NCBI RefSeq assembly: GCF_000175255.2
Contig: NC_017262.1
Coordinates: 30,001-62,000, forward strand
Direction: 5' to 3'
Source: Zymomonas mobilis subsp. mobilis ATCC 10988
Lineage (GTDB): Bacteria; Pseudomonadota; Alphaproteobacteria; Sphingomonadales; Sphingomonadaceae
Length of the DNA: 32,000 nt
Part shown: piece after piece, positions 11,223 to 22,511 of the stretch
Layout of the letters: each line of letters begins with the position of its first letter
How positions within the stretch are numbered: position 1 is the first letter of the stretch
Notes under the pieces: generated by a model
Seen by the model: the letters and a program-made list of their open reading frames with translations, nothing else
Database searches by the model: none
Told to the model about the DNA's origin: nothing
Translations under genes and position numbers: made by a program

Positions 11223-12059
11223 TTACGCCGACAGTTTTTCCCAATGTCGTCCAATGGCAATAAATTCCGCAACCGAAACGGTTTCAGGACGACGGGTTGC
11301 GTCAATGCCCGCCAATTCCAGGGCTTCCATCATATGCTCGATGTTTTTCAGGCTTTGGCGCAACATTTTCCGCCGCTGATTAAAGGCTGCTGCGGTAATT
11401 TTTTCTAACGTCCCTAGAGACAGACCTTCCGGCTGATCTTTCGGGGTTAAATGCACCACCGCAGACATCACTTTTGGCGGTGGCACAAAGGCCGAGCGAT
11501 GCACAGGAAAACTTAATTTTGCCTCGCTCCGCCATTGTGCCAGAACAGATAAACGCCCGTAATGAGGTGTCCCCACCTTGGCTGTAATGCGTTCGGCAAC
11601 CTCTTTTTGAAACATCAAGGTCAAGGAAGACCACCAAGGCTGCCATGTTTTTGCTGTCAACCAACGGATAAGAAGCGCGGTTCCAACATTATACGGTAAA
11701 TTGGCAACGATATGGACATGCTCACCCAAGACCGCTGCTTCGTCGATTTCCATCGCATCGCCGGAAATGACCTGAAGCTGATCGGGAAAATGAGCCGATA
11801 ATTCTGCCAAAGCCGGTAAGCACCGCCTATCCCGTTCTACAGCAGTCACCTTTGCTCCCGCCTTTAACAAGGCACGTGTTAGTCCTCCGGGACCCGGCCC
11901 CACTTCATAGACGGTTTTTTGCGTTAAATCTCCGGGAACACGGGCAATTCTATCTAATAGCTGGCTATCAAGAAGAAAATTTTGACCCAAGCGTTTGTCT
12001 GCCGACAACCCATGACGCGCAATGACAGCCCGCAACGGTTCAAGCGTTTGATCCAGCAT
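11223..12059 (-). CDS. rsmA: 16S rRNA (adenine1518-N6/adenine1519-N6)-dimethyltransferase
   Basis: [66 protein letters not shown]. Confidence 0.97.
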   Translation of the reverse strand: MLDQTLEPLRAVIARHGLSADKRLGQNFLLDSQLLDRIARVPGDLTQKTVYEVGPGPGGLTRALLKAGAKVTAVERDRRCLPALAELSAHFPDQLQVISGDAMEIDEAAVLGEHVHIVANLPYNVGTALLIRWLTAKTWQPWWSSLTLMFQKEVAERITAKVGTPHYGRLSVLAQWRSEAKLSFPVHRSAFVPPPKVMSAVVHLTPKDQPEGLSLGTLEKITAAAFNQRRKMLRQSLKNIEHMMEALELAGIDATRRPETVSVAEFIAIGRHWEKLSA

Positions 12060-12069
12060 AGTGATAGGC

Positions 12070-13089
12070 TTATCCGTCTATAGAATTTTGAGCATAGGCT
12101 TGGCGATTATGGGCAGAATTGGCCGCCATCACCAAAGCCGCCACCATGGCGCCTTCATCCGCCTTATTCTTCCCAGCCAAAGGAAAAGCCGTGCCATGAT
12201 CTGGCGAGGTTCTGATAATCGGCAAGCCCAATGTTGTGTTCACACCATTATCAAAATTGATCGTTTTGATCGGGATCAAGGCTTGGTCATGGGTCGGACA
12301 TAATGCGACATCGTAAGTGGCCCGCGCCCGTGGGCTAAACAGAGTATCCGCAGCAAAGGGGCCTTTAATATCAATATTTTCGGCTTGAAGCTGCCTGATT
12401 GCAGGTTCGATACTATCGATTTCCTCGCGTCCAATCGTGCCATTTTCTCCGGCATGGGGATTTAATCCGGCAACGACAAGACGAGGGGACGGAATAGCAA
12501 AATTCCGTTTCAGATCTTCTACAGTAACCCGGGCTCGGCTGATAATCAGTTCAGGCGTTAGCTGTTCCAAAACATCACGATAGGGAATATGGATAGTCAG
12601 CGGCACCGTTCTTAAATCAGGCCCCGCCAACATCATAACCGCATCATCGGCAGCAATACCGCAGCGATTAGCCACAAATTCGGTCTGTCCCGGAAAGGTA
12701 AAACCCACCTGATAGAGTTCGGCTTTTGAAACCGGTGCGGTTACCAAAGCCGAAGCCTGTCCCTGTTTGACCAAAGCCACGCCTTTTTCAAGGGCAGCAA
12801 ACGCGACCTCAGCGCCGGCTTTATTGGGTTTACCAGGGATAATGGTTTCTTTTGAGGGGATATCCCACACCGGTAAAGCCTGATCGAAAATAGAAATCAC
12901 TTCGTTCGGATCAGTGATCGCGACCACAGGAATCGATGAAACCGCCTGAATAGAAGCCGCGCTGCCTATCGCAAAGAAAGGCATAATCTGATCGCTTTTG
13001 CGGCGTGACCATGCTTTCGCAACGATTTCAGGGCCTATACCCGATGGGTCTCCCAATGTGACAGCAAGCGGTTTCATCTTCTTTTCCAA
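12070..13089 (-). CDS. pdxA: 4-hydroxythreonine-4-phosphate dehydrogenase
   Basis: [102 protein letters not shown]. Confidence 0.97.
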   Translation of the reverse strand: MEKKMKPLAVTLGDPSGIGPEIVAKAWSRRKSDQIMPFFAIGSAASIQAVSSIPVVAITDPNEVISIFDQALPVWDIPSKETIIPGKPNKAGAEVAFAALEKGVALVKQGQASALVTAPVSKAELYQVGFTFPGQTEFVANRCGIAADDAVMMLAGPDLRTVPLTIHIPYRDVLEQLTPELIISRARVTVEDLKRNFAIPSPRLVVAGLNPHAGENGTIGREEIDSIEPAIRQLQAENIDIKGPFAADTLFSPRARATYDVALCPTHDQALIPIKTINFDNGVNTTLGLPIIRTSPDHGTAFPLAGKNKADEGAMVAALVMAANSAHNRQAYAQNSIDG

Positions 13090-13118
13090 TCTAACGCTAT
13101 CCGATTTTGGTACCGGAT

Positions 13119-14534
13119 TTAACGGTAATCAATAATAGCGTCACGTCTTAAATCGCGTAGATAGCGAATAGCTCTTTTATTGACTCGATCTTCCTGCAAC
13201 TGATTATGAATCTGCTGGAAATTGGGCTGTTTTGCCACTTTCGGATCATCTCGGCCGCAAACAACCAAAACACTGACGCCTTCTTGAATAGAACCAAAGG
13301 GCAAAGTCGATTCACCCACTTGCAATTTGGCGACCATATTTTGCAAAAGCGGCGGCATCGAACGAATGCTGATTTGGTCATTCGACATGACATCAGCCCC
13401 GATTTTGTGGGCGATTTCATCCACCGAGCCACAGCCTTTTAATTCTTTTGTGGCATCTCTTAATTTGGCTGTTTTCTCATCAGCCACATTTTGTGATGTG
13501 CCGGGCGGGAAATTGACATATATCTGTTTCAACGCCACGATTGCATCTTTGGGATCAATGCCCAAAATCTGCTGTTTTTCCAATAATGCCACAATAGAAA
13601 AGCCGCCGGGGGTTTCAATCGGGCCCATCAAACTTCCGACTGGCATATTTTTAACGACGGCTGCCAAGGCATCAGGCAATTGCTCTGCTTGAATAAAGCC
13701 CATATCGCCGCCTCTCGCTGCCGAAGAAGCCTCGGAATATTGGGATGCAAAGGCGCTAAAAAGCCCCATTCTTTCGTTGGTGTTACCCCGTTGCAGAATC
13801 TGGTCTTGAATTTTGTTCGCTTTGGCACGGACTTCGGCACGGTTGGTATCATTCGCAGAAAAGAAAATTTCAGCGATATGATATTCATCTTTACCCTTGG
13901 CCGCCTTCATCCGATTGATGATATTCTGAACTTCTTCATTACTGATATTAACAAAGGGTTCAACGCGGCGGCCTAACAGACGCCGCCAAGCCATATCCGC
14001 TTCAACCTGACGCTTCACCGATTTCGCTGAAGAGCCAATAGCCTGCAAATCTGCGCTAAAGGCCTCCGGCGTTTTTTTCATATTGCGCGCATAATGCTCA
14101 AAGATTTGATCCAATTCAGTCGGCGTGATGATAATATCATTGGCCTTCGCTTCTTGGATTTCCAAAGTTTCATCGATCAGATTGCGCAAAATCTGCAATC
14201 TCGCCATATTGCGATCTTCTTCAGAAATCCTGCTGACATCACCGCCAGCCGAAGCCAGAATCAAAGCAAAGCGCTGCTCAATATCCGTATTGGTAATGAT
14301 GGTGCCATTGACGATAGCCGTCGCTTTATGGACATTCGGGTTGCTTTTACCAAAAACCGTCATTTGCTGCGGTAATTTCAGCCCTAGATTATCGCTTTGT
14401 GCTAATAGGAAGGCGGGGGCAGCCACTGCCACGCCTCCCGCGAATATCATCGCGACAGTTCTTTTGATGCGTTTTTTTGAAACGGTGTATAGTTTCTGCG
14501 TTACCCGCAACTTTGTATCCTCAATGGCTTCCAC
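13119..14534 (-). CDS. surA: SurA-type periplasmic peptidyl-prolyl cis-trans isomerase/chaperone
   Basis: Signal-like N-terminus, VNGTIITNTDIEQRFALIL SurA N-domain, parvulin-like EYHIAEIFFSA...FSAFASQYSEASSAARGGDMGFIQAEQLPDAL. Lies between lptD and pdxA, as is typical. Confidence 0.88.
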   Translation of the reverse strand: MEAIEDTKLRVTQKLYTVSKKRIKRTVAMIFAGGVAVAAPAFLLAQSDNLGLKLPQQMTVFGKSNPNVHKATAIVNGTIITNTDIEQRFALILASAGGDVSRISEEDRNMARLQILRNLIDETLEIQEAKANDIIITPTELDQIFEHYARNMKKTPEAFSADLQAIGSSAKSVKRQVEADMAWRRLLGRRVEPFVNISNEEVQNIINRMKAAKGKDEYHIAEIFFSANDTNRAEVRAKANKIQDQILQRGNTNERMGLFSAFASQYSEASSAARGGDMGFIQAEQLPDALAAVVKNMPVGSLMGPIETPGGFSIVALLEKQQILGIDPKDAIVALKQIYVNFPPGTSQNVADEKTAKLRDATKELKGCGSVDEIAHKIGADVMSNDQISIRSMPPLLQNMVAKLQVGESTLPFGSIQEGVSVLVVCGRDDPKVAKQPNFQQIHNQLQEDRVNKRAIRYLRDLRRDAIIDYR

Positions 14535-14652
14535 AAGACTTCACCTTTATATGGGGAAGCACGTTGGTTTTGAAAATGAAAAATACTTTTTTCACTATAA
14601 ATTTTAAGCAAAATCTCAAGATAGGCAGCTTTCTTCTGCCTAATGCCCAAGG

Positions 14653-16977
14653 CTAACTATTCATATTCTTAAGGGCAAATCGCAGCATGAAACTATTACC
14701 ACGGCGGGAATCCCCGACCGTTGAATAATCGCGCCGCCATGTCACACCCAAAGTCAGACAGTTATCGTCATATTCGATGCCCAAACGATGCCGGACAGGC
14801 TGGAAACCATCAGACAAAAGGCTGCTGTTGGTATTATTATAGAGATCCGCCTGCTGCTGGTTAGCGCGCTGATCTTTCTTGGTGGTCATATCGACCGTGG
14901 TCGAACCAAAAATAGACCAATAATGGGAAATCTGAATACGCCCACCCAGACGCAATTCTCGATAGTTACCCAAATCAGGTTCCAACTGGGTATCAATATC
15001 ACGGCTCAATTGGAGATAACCCACCATAAGATAGGTGCGCTTACTACCGATTGTGGCATTCACTTCCTGACGACGGATAGCCAATGTCTTGCGGTCAAGG
15101 CGAATACGCTCTGTTAATTTAAAGAAAGAACCATAGCTTAAAGTCGCACGACCGACATAGTCAGAGAAGCGGCGATTAAATCCGGTACCCTGCGGGAAGA
15201 TTTCATCTTCGGTAATAATCCGCATACTCTGTCCGACATTGCCATAAAAAGAAAACATCGGACGATGGAAGGTATATTCACCGCCATAGGTCACACGCGT
15301 GCCATCTTCCCAACGGTCATAGCCGGGAAAGCGGTTGATTGAAAAAAGATTGGTATCCTGAAGATCGATTGACCGTGAATCCTCATCAGGAATCGATAAA
15401 TTTCTGACATGTGGCGATGTCACAATCTGGACTCTTGGGGTTAAAACCTGATTGCCGCCAAAGGCTTCGCCTGCAAACGGCCAGCTAACATCGACCGCAC
15501 CAGCGGCGATACCACGTTGCTGCCATCCGCTGGAGCCGCGATATAATTCGCTGGTCAACGCATTGCCGCTGCTATGATACAAATCTTGGCGCAACAAAGC
15601 CGTAAAGGTTACTCTTTGCCCCAAAGGTGTATATTTTCTTAAATTCCATTCCGCACTGGCAAAGGCACGCTGGGTATCTTGTCCGGTGATACGGGTCAAA
15701 TTCATGCTATTTGCTTGGAAGGAAAATTCACCCCCCAACCAAGGATCAGGCATCCGCATCCGCCAATCAATAATAGGCAAAGCCATAGGCTGGGTGCCGG
15801 AATGATCGGTTGGACGCAAACCTTGGATAACCCAACCGGCGACCGAGAAATAACTATTATCGGTAATCCGTTCAAGATTCAGCGTCGAACGCAAACGGTC
15901 ATCCCAAGCAAAGTCATAACGCCGCAAGAAGGTTTTATCAGTCGTTAATCGAATAGAGCCGGTCAAACTCCATTTGGGGTCGATCTGGAATTTACCATTG
16001 GTATTGATATATCCACGCATCTTGGAATGGGCATTGCTATCTGCAAGAGTTGGGTTTTGGGATTCCGTTGGCAAAGGCGTGCTTCGCGTCAACATGCCTT
16101 CAATCTGGAAAAATCCCTTGCTGAAAAGCTGGCGATATTTCGCGCCTAACCCCGGATCAGCTTTAGTAAAAATATAAGGGGTCAGGGTTAAATCACGGTC
16201 GGGTGCCAATCGGAAATAATAAGGGACAGAAAATTCAAAACCGTTCATTTTTGACCGCTGGATATGCGGAATCAAAAGCCCTGAACTCATGGTTGAATTT
16301 TGGTCAGGATAGGAAAAATTCGGCAATTTAAGGATCGTATGCCCCAAAACATCCAGTCTCGGAGATTTGAAAACGACTTTTTCCTTATTCGGATCACGAA
16401 TAATTTTAACCGCTGAAATGCGCCATAAAGGGGTCTTTGGACATCCCTCGTCATTGATAACGCGACAAGGGGTATAGGCCGCCATATCAAGGGTCGTCAC
16501 ATCATTGACACGGGTCGCTTTATTCGCCGCCATCCGTGACCCATTTTGCATAACCAGCAAGATATTCTGGATAACGCCATCTTTCAGATGGGGATCAAGA
16601 TCGGCCTTGTCACTATAGGATATCGTGCCATCTTCCTGAATGATGATGACGTGACCGGTTGCCGTTACTTTATCGGCTTTTCTATCCCATTGCAGCTCAT
16701 CGGCACTTAAACGCGTTTCATTTTGAACCGCATGGACTTTGCCATTTACCGTTACAATGTCATTGTCATGGTCATAGACAAGATTATCGGCTTCAAATGT
16801 AATGGGTGCCTCTTTTTTGCTACCTGCATCAGAGGTTGAAGCCTTATTGGTCGCTGTTTGATCTGAAGAAGGCGCAACCGAAGGTGGCGTGCCTGTTTCA
16901 GCCGCAGCTTGCGATAGGAAAATGCTGGACAGAATCAGCGGCATGGCCGTGAGCATGTCGGTTCTGAGATACTTCAC
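14653..16977 (-). CDS. lptD: LPS-assembly outer membrane protein LptD
   Basis: 774 aa. OstA-like domain ITFEADNLVYDHDNDIVTVNGKVHAVQNETRLSADELQWDRKADKVTATGHV plus the LptD beta-barrel region PYYFRLAPDRDLTLTPYIFTKADPGLGAKYRQLF. Confidence 0.95.
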   Translation of the reverse strand: MKYLRTDMLTAMPLILSSIFLSQAAAETGTPPSVAPSSDQTATNKASTSDAGSKKEAPITFEADNLVYDHDNDIVTVNGKVHAVQNETRLSADELQWDRKADKVTATGHVIIIQEDGTISYSDKADLDPHLKDGVIQNILLVMQNGSRMAANKATRVNDVTTLDMAAYTPCRVINDEGCPKTPLWRISAVKIIRDPNKEKVVFKSPRLDVLGHTILKLPNFSYPDQNSTMSSGLLIPHIQRSKMNGFEFSVPYYFRLAPDRDLTLTPYIFTKADPGLGAKYRQLFSKGFFQIEGMLTRSTPLPTESQNPTLADSNAHSKMRGYINTNGKFQIDPKWSLTGSIRLTTDKTFLRRYDFAWDDRLRSTLNLERITDNSYFSVAGWVIQGLRPTDHSGTQPMALPIIDWRMRMPDPWLGGEFSFQANSMNLTRITGQDTQRAFASAEWNLRKYTPLGQRVTFTALLRQDLYHSSGNALTSELYRGSSGWQQRGIAAGAVDVSWPFAGEAFGGNQVLTPRVQIVTSPHVRNLSIPDEDSRSIDLQDTNLFSINRFPGYDRWEDGTRVTYGGEYTFHRPMFSFYGNVGQSMRIITEDEIFPQGTGFNRRFSDYVGRATLSYGSFFKLTERIRLDRKTLAIRRQEVNATIGSKRTYLMVGYLQLSRDIDTQLEPDLGNYRELRLGGRIQISHYWSIFGSTTVDMTTKKDQRANQQQADLYNNTNSSLLSDGFQPVRHRLGIEYDDNCLTLGVTWRRDYSTVGDSRRGNSFMLRFALKNMNS

Positions 16978-17346
16978 ATTTCTCCTTAACGTGTAATCTT
17001 TGATTTTCCCAAAAAACAGCTTTCGGTGTCATTCCGAAAAGGCGGCTACTCTCTTGCGAACCAAAACAGGGTTGATAAGCGATAGTATATGAATAACCGT
17101 TTGATAAAATGTAATGACAGGATATTTTCTATAAGGCGCTTTGGAAAATCATACAGTAATTTTTCGTATCCAGATAAAAGAACGGGCTGTTTTTGCCTGT
17201 TTCTATCAAAAAATGAAAGCCATCTTTTCCGGTTATTATAACCCCTGACCGATAAATCAATCAGTATGTTAGATTATTTCCTTGATATTCTATTTTGATG
17301 AAATAGCTATATCCTGTAGCCTGATAAAGATGACGGCTGTTTTTGA

Positions 17347-18846
17347 ATGAGAGTTTTAACGATGGCGCTTCCTTTAAATATCGATTTTACGACTGGCAAT
17401 AGTGATAAAAAGACCCCACTGGTTATACCGGCCAAAAAGGGTTTTACAGCAGCAGATCTTTCCCGTTTTGGAGAGGAATCTCAGGCACTGGCCGCCGTTG
17501 CCCTTGAAAATGCCCGCTTTACGGGCAAGGCAGGCAGTCTGGTCGAACTGGTTCTATTGGAAAAGGGCGCGCCAAGACAATGCGTTTTAGCGGGCATCGG
17601 TGCTGATGCTGACTATGACAAGGCGGGTGCTGCGGTGGCCGCTCGTTTCCTGACTTCCGGTATTCAGGCCTTAGAAGTCGATTTTACCGGTTTTGACGCG
17701 GATAAAGCAGGCAAGGCGGCGGCATCTTTTGCCTTTGGCGCGGTTCTGCGAGGCAACAGCTTGAATGGCTATCGCACTACCTTGAAAGAGGATGAAAAAC
17801 CCAGCCTGAAAACGCTTTATTTCAGCCAGATCAATTCTGAAACCGCTGAAAAGAAATGGAAAAAACTTTCCGCTATTGCCGAAGGTATCCTTTTCACCCG
17901 TATGCTGGTGACGGAACCGGGCAATAAACTCTATCCTGAAACTTTCGTTGAACAGTGCAAAAGCCTGACGGATCTCGGTATTGAGATCGAAATTCTTGAT
18001 GAAAAAGCCTTGGAACAGGCGGGCATGGGTGCGCTTCTCGGTGTCGCTCAGGGTTCAGCCCGTGCACCGCGTTTGCTCGCTTTGCGCTGGAATGGCACGG
18101 GTAAGGCGGATTCCCGCCCAGTGGCTTTGGTTGGTAAAGGCGTAACCTTTGACAGTGGCGGTATCTCCCTGAAACCCGGCGCCGGAATGGAAGGCATGAA
18201 ATGGGATATGGGCGGTGCTGGTGCCGTTGTCGGCGCGATGAAGGCTTTGGCACTCCGTAAAGCTAAAGCCGACGTGATCGGAGTTTGTGGTCTGGTTGAA
18301 AATATGCCGGATGCCAATGCGCAACGTCCGGGCGATGTGGTTAAAACCATGTCCGGCCAAACGGTTGAAGTCATTAACACCGATGCCGAAGGCCGGTTGG
18401 TGCTTTGTGACGTTCTGACTTGGGTGCAACAGAAATATAAACCGGAAGTCGTGGTTGATCTTGCCACTTTGACGGGGGCGATGATTATCACCTTGGGTCA
18501 CGAATATGGCGGTCTTTTCTCGAATTGCGACAAATTGGCCGATAATTTGTTAAAGGCAGGACAGAAATCTGGCGATGGTTTGTGGCATTTGCCGATGGGC
18601 GATGCCTATGACAAATTGCTGGAATCCCATATTGCCGATATGAAAAATGTCGGGCCGCGTTATGGTGGTTCGATCACGGCGGCACAATTCCTTAAACGCT
18701 TTATCGAAAAAGAGGTCCGCTGGGCGCATCTTGACATTGCCGGTATGGTCTGGGCAGACAAAGCCGCATCCTTCTGGGATAAAGGCGCAACCGGTTTTGG
18801 CGTGCGTTTGTTAAACCAGTTTATTTCCGATAATTTTGAAGATTAA
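17347..18846 (+). CDS. pepA: Leucyl aminopeptidase (M17 family)
   Basis: VGKGVTFDSGGISLKPGAGMEGMKWDMGGAGAVVGAM and NTDAEGRLVLCDVLTW metal/active-site motifs. ATG 17362 is an alternative start. Confidence 0.96.
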   Translation: MRVLTMALPLNIDFTTGNSDKKTPLVIPAKKGFTAADLSRFGEESQALAAVALENARFTGKAGSLVELVLLEKGAPRQCVLAGIGADADYDKAGAAVAARFLTSGIQALEVDFTGFDADKAGKAAASFAFGAVLRGNSLNGYRTTLKEDEKPSLKTLYFSQINSETAEKKWKKLSAIAEGILFTRMLVTEPGNKLYPETFVEQCKSLTDLGIEIEILDEKALEQAGMGALLGVAQGSARAPRLLALRWNGTGKADSRPVALVGKGVTFDSGGISLKPGAGMEGMKWDMGGAGAVVGAMKALALRKAKADVIGVCGLVENMPDANAQRPGDVVKTMSGQTVEVINTDAEGRLVLCDVLTWVQQKYKPEVVVDLATLTGAMIITLGHEYGGLFSNCDKLADNLLKAGQKSGDGLWHLPMGDAYDKLLESHIADMKNVGPRYGGSITAAQFLKRFIEKEVRWAHLDIAGMVWADKAASFWDKGATGFGVRLLNQFISDNFED

Positions 18847-18857
18847 GGCATTCTCCT

Positions 18858-19304
18858 TTGGTAGCACGGGTTGATTTTTATCATTTGCTTTCGGCAAAGC
18901 TGGAAAATATTCTGCCGCGTATTGCGGAAAAAACATTGTCCAGCGATAAAAAATTGCTGGTTGTCGTCCCCGATGACCAGCAAGCCCGCTACTGGGATGA
19001 CTATCTTTGGCGTTATGAAGATACCAGCTTTCTCCCTCATGGCAGGGTAGGCGGTGGCGATGAAGCCGAACATCCCGTTCTAATCTCGACGGCAATGGAG
19101 GCGGTCAATCAGGCAAGCTATATTGCGCTAACAGACGGATTATGGCGAGCAGAGGCCTTAAATTTCGAGAGAGTATTTTATTTTTTCGATGAAATCGCGG
19201 TGCAACAAGCTCGGCAAGCTTGGCGTTCTTTGAAAAATATCGACGGTGAATGCCATTACTGGAAACAGGATGAACAGGCGGGGCAGTGGAAGGCCATAGC
19301 CTAA
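18858..19304 (+). CDS. holC: DNA polymerase III chi subunit
   Basis: 148 aa. VDFYHL N-terminus, ENILPRIAEKTLSSDKKLLVVVPDDQQARYWDDYLWRYEDTSFLPHG...EHPVLIST, directly downstream of pepA. Confidence 0.88.
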   Translation: MVARVDFYHLLSAKLENILPRIAEKTLSSDKKLLVVVPDDQQARYWDDYLWRYEDTSFLPHGRVGGGDEAEHPVLISTAMEAVNQASYIALTDGLWRAEALNFERVFYFFDEIAVQQARQAWRSLKNIDGECHYWKQDEQAGQWKAIA

Positions 19305-19361
19305 CAAGTAAAAAGACCTAATCGTCGCACTCGTATCCTAAAATCTCTTTTCAAAAGAATA

Positions 19362-19379
19362 CCGCCTCAAAAAAGGCGG
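19362..19379 (-). terminator. Candidate rho-independent terminator for the fumarase gene
   Basis: Inverted repeat ccgcct-caaaaa-aggcgg between the convergent holC and fumarase genes. The T tract on the minus strand is weak. Confidence 0.45.
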
Positions 19380-19396
19380 CATCCTCAAAAATCAAT

Positions 19397-20920
19397 CTAG
19401 CTTAAACAGGCGGAACAAGCTTTCTCTTGAATATAGGCCTGCCATTTTTTCGGGGCTATTTTATGGATATTTTGGCCGTCACTATCGACCGCTACCGTAA
19501 CGGGCATATCCTCAACCTCAAATTCATAAATAGCTTCCATACCCAAATCTTCAAAAGCCAAAATTCTCGCGGATTTGATCGCTTTTGAAATGAGATAAGC
19601 CGCACCCCCGACCGCAATTAAATAAGCGGCCTTATTGTCACGAATGGCCTTGATCGTGGCTTCACCTCTTTCGGCTTTGCCAATCATGCCGATTAATCCA
19701 GTTTCGGCTAATAAACGGGGGGTGAATTTATCCATACGGGTGGCCGTCGTCGGGCCCGCAGGGCCCATCACTTCGCCTTTAACCGGATCAACGGGACCCA
19801 CATAATAGATAAAACGATTTTCAAGATCGACAGGCAAGGCTTGCCCTTGGTCTAACAAATCAACCAGCCTTTTATGGGCAGCATCTCGTCCGGTCAGGAT
19901 TTTACCGGACAGTAATAGGCTGTCTCCAGCCTTCCAATCAGCCATTTCTTCTTTAGTAATGTCGTCAATATTGACCCGTCTAACCGCGCCATCGCTTTTC
20001 TTGGCGATTTCTGGCCAATCATCTAAATGAATTTCCGGCATAATCGCTGCGCCATGCCCATCCAAAGTGATTTCAATATGACGGGTCGCGGCACAATTCG
20101 GTACCAAGGCAATGGGCTTATTCGCGGCATGGGTTGGATAGCTTTCAATTTTGACATCCAAAACCGTGGTCAATCCGCCCAATCCCTGCGCACCAATCCC
20201 CAATTCATTGATCTTACGATATAATTCTAATCTCAAGGCTTCTTCGTGATTTTGTGGGCCTCTTGCCTGCAATTGATGAATATCAATAGATTCCATCGCT
20301 TGGGATTTGGCCATTTCCATAGCCTTTTCGGGATTACCCCCAATCCCGATACCGATAATACCGGGCGGACACCATCCGGCACCTAAATGGGGAATTTGTT
20401 CTAACACCCAATCCACAACGCTATCAGACGGGTTCAGCATCGCAAAACGGGTCTTTGCCTCGCTGCCTCCGCCTTTCGCTGCCAGCCGCAATTTTACCTG
20501 ATCGCCTGCGACTAAATGATGATGAATAATGGCTGGGGTATTGTCACCGGTATTCTTCCGGCTGCCATCGGGATCGGCCACCACTGAATATCGAAGACGA
20601 TTGGAAGGGCAGGTATAGGCTCGTCGCACGCCTTCATTAATCATCTCGTCCAGCGTCATTTCGCCTTCAAAACGCACTCCCATACCGATTTCAGCAAAAA
20701 CGGTGACAATGCCGGTATCCTGACACATGGGGCGCTTGCCGATAGCAGACAGGCGGGAATTGATAAGGATTTGCGCCAGAGCCTCTTTTGCTGCCGGATT
20801 TTCCTCGCGCTGATAGGCTTCATAAAGCGACTGGATAAAATCACGAGGATGATAGCAAGCGATAAACTGTAAAGCATCGGCAACACTATCAATCAGGTCA
20901 TTTTGGCGAATAACGGTCAT
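19397..20920 (-). CDS. Class I (iron-sulfur) fumarate hydratase
   Basis: MCQDTGIVTVFAEIG, GDNTPAIIHHHLVAGD, AAKGGGSEAKTRFAMLNPSD, GIGGNPEKAM, LSGKILTGRDAAHKRL, GPAGPTTATRMDKFTP. Start set to MTVIRQNDL (ATG at 20920). Confidence 0.95.
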   Translation of the reverse strand: MTVIRQNDLIDSVADALQFIACYHPRDFIQSLYEAYQREENPAAKEALAQILINSRLSAIGKRPMCQDTGIVTVFAEIGMGVRFEGEMTLDEMINEGVRRAYTCPSNRLRYSVVADPDGSRKNTGDNTPAIIHHHLVAGDQVKLRLAAKGGGSEAKTRFAMLNPSDSVVDWVLEQIPHLGAGWCPPGIIGIGIGGNPEKAMEMAKSQAMESIDIHQLQARGPQNHEEALRLELYRKINELGIGAQGLGGLTTVLDVKIESYPTHAANKPIALVPNCAATRHIEITLDGHGAAIMPEIHLDDWPEIAKKSDGAVRRVNIDDITKEEMADWKAGDSLLLSGKILTGRDAAHKRLVDLLDQGQALPVDLENRFIYYVGPVDPVKGEVMGPAGPTTATRMDKFTPRLLAETGLIGMIGKAERGEATIKAIRDNKAAYLIAVGGAAYLISKAIKSARILAFEDLGMEAIYEFEVEDMPVTVAVDSDGQNIHKIAPKKWQAYIQEKACSACLS

Positions 20921-21212
20921 AACAAAAAACGCCTCCTGAACAGAAAGGGCAAGAAAAAGCCGAAAGCTAAAAAAGGCCAATTCATCTTCCGGCGGCGCTA
21001 ACGGATCGTTTCTCCATTCCCTTTCTGAACCAAGGCCGATAGATTTCTGATCCGCTCACTTGATCGGGCGATTGCAGAGATCCATAAAACAGGGCATATC
21101 GCATTTGCCTTCACAAGGTGACAGCAGATAAATATTTTACACTCAAAAAGAAACCGGCAATCTCAAAAGCTTGTCCGACATTCCTGACAGAACAGCCCCT
21201 ATTAAGGTTTCC

Positions 21213-21962
21213 ATGGCGCAAAAAATAAAGAAAAAACGGGTCGATCAACAACTTGTTGAACGGGAAATGGTTGATAGCTTGGCCTTGGCACAGGCCTTGA
21301 TTATGGCCGGAGAAGTCTGGAACAAAGACCGTCGTATTGAAAAAGCAGGGCAGCTTCTACCGATTGATGCGCCGTTGCATCTGAAAGGAAAAGGCCATCC
21401 TTGGGTTTCTCGCGGGGGGATTAAATTAGCGCATGGCCTAAAATATTTCAGCTGGACGGTCGATAACGCCATAGGGCTGGATGTCGGTTCTTCGACCGGC
21501 GGCTTTACCGATGTATTGTTACAATCGGGGGCTGATCGTGTCTATGCGGTAGATTCCGGCACCAATCAAATGGCATGGAAATTACGGCAAGATGATCGGG
21601 TTATCCTATATGAACAGCTAAGTGCGCGCTTGCTGACAACAGACCATATCCCCGAAGAAGTTGATATCGTCGTCTGCGATGTCAGCTTTATTTCGATTAC
21701 CAAACTTTTGGAAATCCCACTTTCTTTTGCCAAAAAAGGCGGTCGTTTATTGGCCTTGGTTAAACCGCAATTTGAAGCCCGAAAAGAGGAAGTCGAAAAA
21801 GGCGGCATCGTCCGCGATCCCGAAGTCAGGCAACGAGTCTGTTCAGAGGTTAAAGCATGGCTGGAAGGTCTCGGTTGGCATGTCATAGGCCTCGAAAAAA
21901 GCCCTATCACCGGCCATGACGGCAATGTCGAATTTCTGCTTGCCGCTGAAAAAATCGGGTAA
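21213..21962 (+). CDS. tlyA: TlyA-family rRNA 2'-O-methyltransferase/hemolysin A
   Basis: S4-like N-terminus KKRVDQQLVEREMVDSLALAQALIMAG, VSRGGIKLAHGLKYF, GLDVGSSTGGFTDVLLQSGADRVYAVDSG. Start set to ATG 21213. Confidence 0.92.
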   Translation: MAQKIKKKRVDQQLVEREMVDSLALAQALIMAGEVWNKDRRIEKAGQLLPIDAPLHLKGKGHPWVSRGGIKLAHGLKYFSWTVDNAIGLDVGSSTGGFTDVLLQSGADRVYAVDSGTNQMAWKLRQDDRVILYEQLSARLLTTDHIPEEVDIVVCDVSFISITKLLEIPLSFAKKGGRLLALVKPQFEARKEEVEKGGIVRDPEVRQRVCSEVKAWLEGLGWHVIGLEKSPITGHDGNVEFLLAAEKIG

Positions 21963-22167
21963 ATTTATTCGACAAGCGCTTTAAAGCGCGGATAAAATTT
22001 ATCCTATCAGAAATCCTCGACTGTCATCGCTTGAATGAAGTCATTTTTATGTGACAGGATAAAATATTTCCGGTTTTATCCTTTATCCGCAACAACAAGA
22101 TACTTGTAACCGGCTATGATAACCGTCACATCTGTTCTTTAAACGCCGTTAAAGAGTGGAATAGACA

Positions 22168-22383
22168 ATGCAGACAGAAAACCATCTGATTGATGACCTC
22201 GTTAAAGTTATCAATGGCGCGGCCGGTACCTTTGTCGGTATGGGACGCGAAGCTGAAAATGTTTTAAAAGATCGTTTGCGGGAATGGATCGGCGGCCTTG
22301 ATTTTGTCAGCCGGGATGAATTTGAAACGCTGAAAATGCGCGTCGAAGCCTTGGAAGCCGCTTCTAAAAAAGACAACGCCTGA
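22168..22383 (+). CDS. UbiK-like accessory factor (BMFP family)
   Basis: 71 aa with LIDDLVKVINGAAGTFVGMGREAENVLKDRLREWIGGLDFVSRDEFETLKMRVEALE; the coiled-coil end is typical of the family. Confidence 0.8.
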   Translation: MQTENHLIDDLVKVINGAAGTFVGMGREAENVLKDRLREWIGGLDFVSRDEFETLKMRVEALEAASKKDNA

Positions 22384-22511
22384 AAATAAAAGGCTGATAG
22401 CGGTGTTATTAGCTCCAAAAAGCGAATAAACGCTGATCTTTCGCGTGAATTTTTGATATATATCCGCTAATCAGCCTTTACTATTTCATTCTGCCTTGTA
22501 GGGGGCTTGTC

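Noticed and set aside
17894-18501. Minus-strand ORFs up to 148 aa inside pepA
   Set aside because: Low-quality Pro/Arg/Ser-rich shadow translations opposite a certain gene; GC-skewed codon usage explains them.
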